NCBI GenBank assembly: GCA_964554065.1
Contig: CAZKMQ010000001.1
Span: 1 to 46,532 of the forward strand
Source: an uncultured Gammaproteobacteria bacterium
Lineage (GTDB): Bacteria; Patescibacteriota; Patescibacteriia; Magasanikbacterales; JBBTQS01
Length of the DNA stretch: 46,532 nucleotides
Direction: 5' to 3'
The notes under the pieces were generated by a model. The model made no database searches and was not told where the DNA came from. It was given only the letters and a program-made list of their open reading frames with translations. Both the position numbers and the translations under genes were made by a program. Below, in pieces: positions 16,878 through 24,243 of this stretch (position 1 is the stretch's first letter; each line of letters begins with the position of its first letter).

Positions 16878-17759
16878 ATGAGTTTTTCCGAGAGGCGACC
16901 TGGCGATTTATCTGAGAGCGTAACTACGCCAGAGCATATAAAAAAATCTCCGCATGATATTAGAAGTTTGTGGGAAGTAGCAAACTGTTTAAATCTTGGG
17001 CTTTGGGACCACAGATCTATGTTAACTCATTTTGATTTCTTCCCTGAAAAAGATAAAAAAGCTATTGAAAAAGCGGCTGAGACAGGTGATTATGAATCGG
17101 TACGCATTTTATTTGCGAATGGTTTTAAAGGTTTGCGCAGTGATGTTAGTTTTAACTTTGAATTCACTGGTGAATCTGTAAAGGGAGAGGCGCAGTATGA
17201 GCGTCGATGTAGTGGGTTTGAGCGCATTATGAAAACTTATTTTGATAAGTATAAGGATGAGATCCCAGAAGATAAAGTTGGGTATTTCAATGGCAAAATC
17301 ATGCTTGCAAGAAAGTTGTTAAATGATAGTGATAAAGTGTCAACAGCAAATGGTACAGAAGCCATGAGAAAAGTTGTGCGGGAGGTGATGGATACGTATA
17401 TGCAAAGGAATTTTTTATTAAGAATTAAAAAAAACGTTGAAAAAATAGAAGAGCAGCTGCCGCATGTTATGAATGCTAGGGTGCAAGGCTATAAAAATGG
17501 GATTGAATCAGTTCAGCATGGGATTGACTTGTTAATTGGTGATGATTCTTTTGATGTGTCTTCATTTAGTCAATATAGATTGAATGAGTTGCAAAAAGCA
17601 GATAAAAAAATAAAGAATTTATTAAACAATATTAAGAGTGATTATAAGGATGCAACCGGTGAGGGGTGGTTGTCTTTACCTGATGCTGAGCCTGGCTCTG
17701 GTGCTTTGAGTTTAGATCAGCAAGGAGGAGCTCTTTCTGTGCCTGACACAAAGGAATAA
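16878..17759 (+). CDS. Hypothetical protein, tandem paralog A (293 aa)
   Basis: It shares with the next gene the motif 'PEHIKKSPHDIRSLWEV' and C-terminal repeats 'GWLSLPD..GALSLDQ..GALSVPD'. It has no TM segment and looks helical and charged. Confidence 0.7.
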   Translation: MSFSERRPGDLSESVTTPEHIKKSPHDIRSLWEVANCLNLGLWDHRSMLTHFDFFPEKDKKAIEKAAETGDYESVRILFANGFKGLRSDVSFNFEFTGESVKGEAQYERRCSGFERIMKTYFDKYKDEIPEDKVGYFNGKIMLARKLLNDSDKVSTANGTEAMRKVVREVMDTYMQRNFLLRIKKNVEKIEEQLPHVMNARVQGYKNGIESVQHGIDLLIGDDSFDVSSFSQYRLNELQKADKKIKNLLNNIKSDYKDATGEGWLSLPDAEPGSGALSLDQQGGALSVPDTKE

Positions 17760-17760
17760 T

Positions 17761-18642
17761 ATGATTAAATTCTTCGAAAGACTGAGACATGGTAATCCGG
17801 AAAAATCTCCTATGGAAGTGCCACCACGACCGGAACATATTAAAAAGGCACCGCATGATATTCAAAAGTTGTGGGAGGTTTTTATTGTTGAAAAACAATT
17901 GACTGGCAGTTTACCTAGTCGTGTTATGGACTGGAAAAAAAGAGAAGAATTGTTTGAGAGTTCAGTTAAGAATCAACGATACGATGCTTTGCGATTGCAG
18001 CTTGCAAATGATTTGTTTGGCAATTTTGCTCGCGTACTGCCTGCTGATGATGCAAACTGGATTGAGCGGTATAGGGGAAAGGATCCTGTACAAGTAAATA
18101 ATGAACGCTCGACTGAATTGGTTGAACTCTACTTGCAATTGTATGAAGATGAATTGCCACGTGATGCTTTTTCAAAGCAGTTAGAGCAGATAGAGTTGGT
18201 AAAAGATTTGCATAAGAAAAAGGAATTTAGTAAAGCATCAGTTGAAATGGGTAGAGCATTTCGTAGTGTTGTTGGTGGTTATATTAGTCGTAAATCTTTT
18301 GCAATGGTGCTGGAGCGTGCGGAGTTGTTACGGTCACGGATACAATTTGTTGAACCTGCGAAGAAGGTTAAGCACACAAAAAAGATTGAAGGTTTTGAGG
18401 AAAGAATCAAGGCAATTTGTGGAGAAGATGGTTTTGGTGATGATCGGCAAACTCCAGTATATGATTTTGAATCAATTGTTAAGTTGTTTAATGATATAAG
18501 TGAGTATACGAAGAAGATGAAAAATGATTTTGCGGAAACCGGTGATTTGGGTCATTTGGCCTTGGTTGATAGCGAAGAAGGCATGGGTAATTTGAGTTTA
18601 TCAGAAGACTCTGGTAATCTTTCATTACATAAATCTAAATAA
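17761..18642 (+). CDS. Hypothetical protein, tandem paralog B (293 aa)
   Basis: It starts 1 nt after paralog A's stop. It carries the motif '[17 protein letters not shown]' and C-terminal repeats 'GHLALVD..GNLSLSE..GNLSLHK'. Confidence 0.7.
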   Translation: MIKFFERLRHGNPEKSPMEVPPRPEHIKKAPHDIQKLWEVFIVEKQLTGSLPSRVMDWKKREELFESSVKNQRYDALRLQLANDLFGNFARVLPADDANWIERYRGKDPVQVNNERSTELVELYLQLYEDELPRDAFSKQLEQIELVKDLHKKKEFSKASVEMGRAFRSVVGGYISRKSFAMVLERAELLRSRIQFVEPAKKVKHTKKIEGFEERIKAICGEDGFGDDRQTPVYDFESIVKLFNDISEYTKKMKNDFAETGDLGHLALVDSEEGMGNLSLSEDSGNLSLHKSK

Positions 18643-18644
18643 TT

Positions 18645-19205
18645 ATGTCTAAAAAAGTAATTCTCATATTAAGCATAGCTTTGCTTGGCTTTGGCTGCGG
18701 CACAGCACAATCACCTGAAAAATCTATGGAAAAAGCAATAATTAAAACCAGTCTTGGCGATATCACAGTCGCATTTCATCCAGAATCACCAAAAACTGTG
18801 GATAACTTTGTGAAATTAGCTGGTGAAGGTTTTTATGATGGAACGCGATTCCATCGCATTATCAAGGACTTCATGGTGCAAGGTGGAGATCCATTAAGTA
18901 AAGAGGAAGACAAAGCGGATTTTTGGGGAACTGGTGGTCCTGGATATAAGTTTGATGATGAATTTAATAGCCATAAGTTGGTAAAAGGTTCACTGGCTAT
19001 GGCAAATTCAGGACCAAACACAAACGGAAGTCAATTTTTTATCGTGACTGCAGAGGCAACACCTTGGCTTGATGGTATGCATACAAATTTTGGTTATGTA
19101 ACTGATGGTATGGATGTATTAGACGCCCTAAACGCAGTTCAAACTGCCGCGGCTGATCGTCCAGTTGAGGCTGTGACGATTACCGGAATTGATTTGGTGA
19201 AATAG
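18645..19205 (+). CDS. Cyclophilin-type peptidyl-prolyl cis-trans isomerase, lipoprotein
   Basis: It has the lipobox 'LLGFGCG'. Cyclophilin motifs '[15 protein letters not shown]' and '[17 protein letters not shown]' are present. Confidence 0.9.
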   Translation: MSKKVILILSIALLGFGCGTAQSPEKSMEKAIIKTSLGDITVAFHPESPKTVDNFVKLAGEGFYDGTRFHRIIKDFMVQGGDPLSKEEDKADFWGTGGPGYKFDDEFNSHKLVKGSLAMANSGPNTNGSQFFIVTAEATPWLDGMHTNFGYVTDGMDVLDALNAVQTAAADRPVEAVTITGIDLVK

Positions 19206-19245
19206 CGTTCTGAAAAAAGAACTAAAAAAAATCGCAGCCTCAGGT

Positions 19246-19779
19246 TTGGCTGGTTCATTCTCTGAAGAAGCTGCTTTGGTCTATGCACAGCGGATGAGTT
19301 TTGAGCCTGAAGTGTTATACAAAACAGATATGGCGGGTGTGCTTTCGTCTGTAGATTCTGGCGAGAGTTTGCTTGGTATTTTTCCTGTTGTGAATTCACG
19401 CGGTGGTTTAGTTCACAGCGCTTTTTCTGCAATGGGAAAATTTCAATTCAATATGATTGATGAGGTGTGGCTTGAGGTTTATCAGTGTCTTTTAGTGCTT
19501 CCTGGGACTAAGCGAGAATCAATTTCCAAAATCATAAGTCATCCACAGGCAATCGCGCAATGTGAACGCTATTTGCGTACAGAATTTGAGGGTGTGTCAC
19601 TTGGTGAGTGGGATGATACTGCAAAAGCTGCAGAAGATTTGGCAAAAGGAACATTCAGTGAAACAACTGCTGTAATTGCGCCGGCGCGCAGTGCTCAAAT
19701 GTATGGACTTGAACTACTTGAAAAAGGGATACATGATAATCATCCCAACCTTACGACCTTTATAGTTGTGACAAAATAA
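19246..19779 (+). CDS. Prephenate dehydratase catalytic (PDT) domain protein, no ACT domain, start uncertain
   Basis: PDT-like blocks 'GSFSEEAAL', 'GIFPVVNSRGGLV', 'ISHPQAIAQCERYL' and 'AVIAPARSAQMYGL' are present, and the protein ends at 'NLTTFIVV'. The in-frame upstream codons encode 'LKKELKKIAASGL', which looks like the missing first strand. That stretch contains no ATG, GTG or TTG. Confidence 0.65.
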   Translation: MAGSFSEEAALVYAQRMSFEPEVLYKTDMAGVLSSVDSGESLLGIFPVVNSRGGLVHSAFSAMGKFQFNMIDEVWLEVYQCLLVLPGTKRESISKIISHPQAIAQCERYLRTEFEGVSLGEWDDTAKAAEDLAKGTFSETTAVIAPARSAQMYGLELLEKGIHDNHPNLTTFIVVTK

Positions 19780-20512
19780 TTCCAGCGCTAATCGCTACAT
19801 TAAGTGAATCTGTATTGTTAGATCCGGGTATAGAAATTCGAAGGTCTGCTGCTTCGAGGAGTTTTTTTCTAAGGCCGTGGGACTCACTACCGAAAATATA
19901 TACACCATTATTAGGTAGTGAGGTTTCTTTTACTGATGTTCCTTGCATATCAAGTGCTATAACTTGATAATTTTTTTCTTTAAAATGTTCTACGTCAGCA
20001 ATTATGTCATCAGATTCAGCTACAGTCATGTTAAAAATAGAACCCATGCTTGATCGGACCACCTTAGGATTGTACAAGTCAACTGAGTTGTCTGTGAGAA
20101 CAACATTATAAATTCCAAACCAGTGTGCTGTGCGCAAAATAGTTCCAACATTTCCTGGATCAGAAACTGTATCGAGCACAACAATAGGGGAAGTATAATC
20201 AAATTTATGGATAGTGTGCTGTGGTTTTTTTACGATTGCCATGACGCCGGGGAATGTTTCTGTGGTTTTGATATCGTCGGCATCTTTATTGCCACACCAA
20301 ATAGTTGAAACTGTTTGGCTTTCAGCTAAAGCGAGTAGATCAGCGTATTTCTCGGTGGATTGCTCAAGTACAACAATCATAACCACATCGAGTTTGGATT
20401 GGAGCGCTGCCATAACGCCTTTTTCTCCTTCAACTAGAAATTCGCCGAATTCAGTTCGGTATTTTTTGCTGTGCAGTTTTCTTATTTTTTTGCGTTCTGA
20501 TGTTTTTAGCAT
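19760..20512 (-). CDS. TrmH/SpoU-family RNA 2'-O-methyltransferase
   Basis: It has 'FLVEGEKGV' (the N-terminal substrate-binding domain) and SpoU motifs 'DPGNVGTILRTAHWFG', 'IFGSESHGL' and 'IPG...DSLNVAISAGIIL'. Confidence 0.85.
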   Translation of the reverse strand: MLKTSERKKIRKLHSKKYRTEFGEFLVEGEKGVMAALQSKLDVVMIVVLEQSTEKYADLLALAESQTVSTIWCGNKDADDIKTTETFPGVMAIVKKPQHTIHKFDYTSPIVVLDTVSDPGNVGTILRTAHWFGIYNVVLTDNSVDLYNPKVVRSSMGSIFNMTVAESDDIIADVEHFKEKNYQVIALDMQGTSVKETSLPNNGVYIFGSESHGLRKKLLEAADLRISIPGSNNTDSLNVAISAGIILSQL

Positions 20513-20775
20513 AGCTGTACTTTAGCAGGTAAAGCAAAAGCCATCAAATCAGTAAGAAGTAATGGCTTTAGTGGTGGTTCGAACTCCGCATCGTATTCAA
20601 TGACTGTATATTCGGTCATGCACCATGCACAGAACGTGTGGAAATATGCCGGGCCATTGTTCTTTTTTCGTACCCTTATGAAGGATGTGGTGTCGTGACA
20701 GAGAGAATTAGGGCACTTAAAGTTCTTTTTTTTGTAATGGATCGGCAGGAACAGTGTTCTTACTTTTCTTGGCAT
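20506..20775 (-). CDS. Small hypothetical Cys-containing (zinc-ribbon-like) protein
   Basis: The 89-aa product starts at the ATG preceded by GGAGGG plus a 7-nt spacer. The Cys pairs 'CPNSLC' and 'CAWC' suggest a Zn ribbon. Its 3' end overlaps the trmH-like start by 7 nt. Confidence 0.55.
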   Translation of the reverse strand: MPRKVRTLFLPIHYKKKNFKCPNSLCHDTTSFIRVRKKNNGPAYFHTFCAWCMTEYTVIEYDAEFEPPLKPLLLTDLMAFALPAKVQLC

Positions 20776-20804
20776 GATAAATCCCTCCGTATGCAAGAAA
20801 TTGA

Positions 20805-20833
20805 ATCCTACCACATCTTACCTATTTTGTCAA
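20805..20833 (-). promoter_or_regulatory. Sigma-70-type promoter candidate (minus strand)
   Basis: On the minus strand there is TTGACA (20833-20828), a 17-nt spacer and TAGGAT (20810-20805) with an upstream TG. It lies about 30 nt upstream of the small Zn-ribbon gene. Confidence 0.4.
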
Positions 20834-20840
20834 TATTGAA

Positions 20841-20873
20841 AAAGACCGCGGCTGTGTTAAAAGCTGCGGTCTT
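20841..20873 (-). terminator. Rho-independent terminator (minus strand) of the 20896-21453 gene
   Basis: AAAGACCGCGGCT pairs with AGCTGCGGTCTT in 11 of 12 positions. On the minus strand the stem is followed by TTTTTC. Confidence 0.6.
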
Positions 20874-20895
20874 CTCTATGGTGCGCGTAACGCTG

Positions 20896-21453
20896 CTACC
20901 AAAGGCTTCCGAATGTGAAGCGTGCCACACCACCGTAAATCTTTACACCACGGTAATGCAGTCCACCCCCAGCCTTTTTCAAGTCATCGGCTGAGAATGT
21001 GATGATGGGGTTTTTGAAGAAGTGACTCGTCAGTACATTCTCGAATCCCTCAAGAAATGCTTTTCTGATTTTGTCATCAGCAACTCCAGTCCAGTGCTGG
21101 TCATCAAGCCATGCCTTGGAGAAGTAGATGCTGCCATTTTTGAAGGTTAGGTGGCCAACGTAGGTCAGCCTGATATTGAAGTGGTAGACAACGTCATTGT
21201 GTGTCTTTGACCCAGCTACCTCGAACCAGATCTTCACCCGGTTTTCGAAGTCGCCGAATTGAGAACCCTTAAACCGGATCCTGTATTTCGACTTTTCGTT
21301 CTTGGTATATGACTGCTTCCAGTTTCTGCTGATCGAGCTTTGGAACCTGTCCTGGGCGAACTTTATTTCCCCAGTATCCCATTGCGCGAAACAAAGGAAC
21401 ACGATTCCTGCGACGAGCAGTCCGCCAACTGTACCACCAACTACAAATTTCAT
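20896..21453 (-). CDS. Membrane-anchored hypothetical protein, YceB/DUF1439-like by eye
   Basis: The 185-aa product starts at the ATG 7 nt after GGGAGGG and has the N-terminal TM 'VGGTVGGLLVAGIVFLCF'. Its C-terminal pattern 'SHFFKNPIITFSADD...YRGVKIYGGVARFTF' resembles the end of E. coli YceB ('NYFNQQPAYVLRED...AKGIEVKPGEIVIPF'). GC is visibly above the window background. Confidence 0.6.
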   Translation of the reverse strand: MKFVVGGTVGGLLVAGIVFLCFAQWDTGEIKFAQDRFQSSISRNWKQSYTKNEKSKYRIRFKGSQFGDFENRVKIWFEVAGSKTHNDVVYHFNIRLTYVGHLTFKNGSIYFSKAWLDDQHWTGVADDKIRKAFLEGFENVLTSHFFKNPIITFSADDLKKAGGGLHYRGVKIYGGVARFTFGSLW

Positions 21454-21617
21454 TATCATTCCCTCCCAAGGGGATACATTTTGTGGGGCTTCTGCCCATT
21501 TCACAGTGCCAAGACATAATGTCAAGACCGCCTACTATAGCACATTTTTGCTGGTTTGTCAAGTGTAAAAAGAGTGTAATCAGCTTAATTTAGCGTAATA
21601 ACGTGTACTTGACTTAC

Positions 21618-21646
21618 TTGACAAAAAAGGTAAACTGTGCTATAGT
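21618..21646 (+). promoter_or_regulatory. Near-consensus sigma-70 promoter with extended -10
   Basis: TTGACA (21618-21623), a 17-nt spacer and TATAGT (21641-21646) preceded by TGc. It would give a ~200-nt leader before the ATG at 21855. Confidence 0.55.
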
Positions 21647-21854
21647 AATGTGTTATCCAGGAAGGGTAACTGTAACTTCAAAGGGAAAAACGACATAGGG
21701 CCTGAACGCACGTCGATCTACCCGTTAATCACCTCTGGTGATTGGCGTCTTAGGTCAAAGGAGCGTGCACTTGCGTGTTCTACTTCCTCGGAAGTACCTC
21801 AAATGAGGGGCCTGGTGGCAGCTGCCAAAGCTGTACCCAATCAGGAGGGTTGTT

Positions 21855-22436
21855 ATGTCGTTTTCTAATAAGGTGTTGGTGGTGGTGTTTCTGCTGGTCA
21901 GCTCCAGTGCTTCGGCGCTGGACAGTCTGGACTCTCGGGTCAGGCTGCTGGTTCACGGTGGGGTCAGCCTCACCGATGACGTGACGCTCATTGGTCACAT
22001 CATTCCTGCTGGCAATCTGTTGGGCGAGGTTTCGCCTCTCAGCTATATCGAGCTGAACTACTCTCTTGTTGAGCAGTTCAAGCCCAGCCTCACGCTTGCG
22101 TGGGCGTTCGGGCCTGATGAGCTCATTCTCTCCACCCAGTTCACGGGGGGCATTGGTCCCACGTGGTACTGGACCACTTTCGAGTGGCAGCCACAAAGCG
22201 GTGGCGTGTACTGGTTCGCCAGATACAACGTCGCGCTCACCGACTCGTTCGGAGTCGGGGCTGAAGAGGAGTCCTTTGGCACGTTTGCGGACGTGTCAGG
22301 GATCTCTCACGGTGGGGGACCGAACATTTACGTTCGGTTCGGGAAAGGAGTGCAGATCGATCTGTCAGTGCACTACCGCACGCTGGTGGAAAGTACTGGT
22401 CTGGAGTTCGTTCTCAGGTACCACATCTTCCTCTAG
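21855..22436 (+). CDS. Secreted beta-barrel outer-membrane-protein-like protein (GC-rich, foreign-looking)
   Basis: It has the signal peptide 'MSFSNKVLVVVFLLVSSSASA|LD'. About 10 amphipathic alternating-hydrophobic strands follow, for example 'RVRLLVHGGVSL', 'SLTLAWAFG', 'WYWTTFEWQ', 'VYWFARYNVAL' and 'VQIDLSVHY'. The C-terminus is aromatic-rich, 'VLRYHIFL'. AGGAGGG lies 6 nt upstream of the ATG. Third codon positions are strongly G/C. Confidence 0.7.
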   Translation: MSFSNKVLVVVFLLVSSSASALDSLDSRVRLLVHGGVSLTDDVTLIGHIIPAGNLLGEVSPLSYIELNYSLVEQFKPSLTLAWAFGPDELILSTQFTGGIGPTWYWTTFEWQPQSGGVYWFARYNVALTDSFGVGAEEESFGTFADVSGISHGGGPNIYVRFGKGVQIDLSVHYRTLVESTGLEFVLRYHIFL

Positions 22437-22453
22437 CGCCAACACTTCCTTTG

Positions 22454-22493
22454 AAAGGCCGTCTCAGTTTAACTGGGGCGGCCTTCTTCTTTT
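22454..22493 (+). terminator. Rho-independent terminator
   Basis: AAAGGCCG(T)C pairs with G(G)CGGCCTT across a ~16-nt loop and is followed by CTTCTTCTTTT. Confidence 0.6.
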
Positions 22494-22593
22494 AAAAAGC
22501 AATCTGTTGTAAAGGTTGGAGTATTTTTGCAATGGCTTTACCATATGTGGTAAGAATGTGCTAGTATGTTCGTAATGAATTAAAATATTCTTT

Positions 22594-24243
22594 ATGCCGA
22601 TAAAACATAGTACTTCAGCTTTAACGCAACAGCAGCATGCAAATCAGGATGCGCGATATGCTCAGAATCACGAGTATGACTACATATTTATTGGAACAGG
22701 TAACACATCGCTAACTGCTGCGTCACTCTTGGCAAAAGCAGGGAAGCGCGTGTGCATGCTCGAAGCTCACGATATTCCTGGAGGATATGCACAAACTTTT
22801 CGCATGGGAGACTATCGATTCTGTGCACAGATCCATTATGTCTGGGGTTGCAAGCCAGGCGGAATGATTTATGAGTTTTTGAAAAAAATTGGGCTTGAAA
22901 ACGAAGTGACTTGGGAGCAGTATGCTGCTGATGGATATGATCATATGGTAATGCCTGATGGCAAGCGTGTGAAAGTGCCGTATGGTTGGGATCAGCTGGT
23001 TGAAAATGTAGTGGATGCATATCCTCACGAGAAGATTGCAATGGAGAGATTTGTAGATGTAATGCGCAAACTGCGAACACAAATGCAAGCATATCCATCG
23101 CGAGACATGAAATGGTGGGAGTATATTACAAAAGGATGGAAAGTAATGGGATTGTTTTTTTATCGTAATAAAACATTGCAGGATGTGTTTGATGAGTGTG
23201 GATTAGGGAAGGAGGCACAAGCAGTACTTGCTGCAAATGCTGGGGATTTTATGTCTCCACCAAATGAGCTTTCAGTAATTATTTATGTATCATTATTTGG
23301 TGGGTATAATACAGGCGCATATTATCCAACTAAGGACTTTAGGCATTACATTGATAAAGTTGTTGAGGTTGTTGAAAGCCAGGGTGGCTCACATATATAT
23401 TACGAGATGCCAGTAGTTAAGATTGAATTTGAAGGTGACATAGCAACAAAGGTTGTTACAAAAGATGGTAAGGAGTTCACTGCTCCGCGAATTATTTGTG
23501 GAATGGATCCTCAAGCTGCAGCTAAAGAGTTAATTGGTATGGAGAATGTTCCTGAGTCTTATCAGAAAAAACTTAACTATACTTACTGTCCTTCTGGTCT
23601 AACAATGTACTTAGGGTTAAAGCCGGGCTTTGATTTGAAAAAATACGGATTTGGGAAATTTAACATTTGGCATTGCGAAGATTGGGACATGAATGAAATG
23701 TGGAAGCAGCAAGGGCTTGGTAATTTTGAAAAGCCATGGTTTTTTATGTCCACACCAACACTACACACTGATTACTCTGGGAATGTTCCTGAAGGTTCAC
23801 AAATAATGGAAATTGCCAGTTATTGTGAATTCGCGCCATACATGAAAGCGCAAGAAGAAGGCTATGCTGTGTATTTAAAGAAGAAAATGGCGTTTATGGA
23901 GCGATTGATTGATCTTGTACAAGAAAAGTATATTCCAGATTTACGTGAAAATATTGTTGTAAAAGTTGCAGGAACACCAGTAACGAACTTTGATTTTGTC
24001 AAAGCGCCATTTGGATCAGCATATGGAGCGACAATGTCTCCAAAACAAATAGGTCTGAATCGCCTGAAAGCAACAACACCTTGGAAGAATTTCTACTGGT
24101 CAAATCAATCTGCAGGATATGCAGGCATGTATGGAACAGTTGGTACCGGAGTAAAGCTATATCGCACACTCACTGGTGATGATGTTATGGCTAAGGCTCC
24201 ACAGGTTGCTGATGAGCAGCTTATTGCGCAGACTGAGAAATAA
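22594..24243 (+). CDS. FAD-dependent oxidoreductase, phytoene desaturase (CrtI)/retinol saturase-like family
   Basis: The 549-aa ORF has the N-terminal dinucleotide fold 'YDYIFIGTGNTSLTAASLLAKAGKRVCMLEAHDIPGGY'. Its length and overall pattern fit COG1233-type enzymes. Confidence 0.75.
   Translation: MPIKHSTSALTQQQHANQDARYAQNHEYDYIFIGTGNTSLTAASLLAKAGKRVCMLEAHDIPGGYAQTFRMGDYRFCAQIHYVWGCKPGGMIYEFLKKIGLENEVTWEQYAADGYDHMVMPDGKRVKVPYGWDQLVENVVDAYPHEKIAMERFVDVMRKLRTQMQAYPSRDMKWWEYITKGWKVMGLFFYRNKTLQDVFDECGLGKEAQAVLAANAGDFMSPPNELSVIIYVSLFGGYNTGAYYPTKDFRHYIDKVVEVVESQGGSHIYYEMPVVKIEFEGDIATKVVTKDGKEFTAPRIICGMDPQAAAKELIGMENVPESYQKKLNYTYCPSGLTMYLGLKPGFDLKKYGFGKFNIWHCEDWDMNEMWKQQGLGNFEKPWFFMSTPTLHTDYSGNVPEGSQIMEIASYCEFAPYMKAQEEGYAVYLKKKMAFMERLIDLVQEKYIPDLRENIVVKVAGTPVTNFDFVKAPFGSAYGATMSPKQIGLNRLKATTPWKNFYWSNQSAGYAGMYGTVGTGVKLYRTLTGDDVMAKAPQVADEQLIAQTEK

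Noticed and set aside
21650-22512. Multiple overlapping ORFs (21650-21868, 21775-21984, 21780-22196, 22058-22282, 22066-22512) in the GC-rich island
   Set aside because: High GC suppresses stop codons in all frames. Only 21855-22436 has an SD, a signal peptide and a coherent beta-barrel-like pattern. The others are Arg/Pro/Ser-rich and lack starts with an SD.
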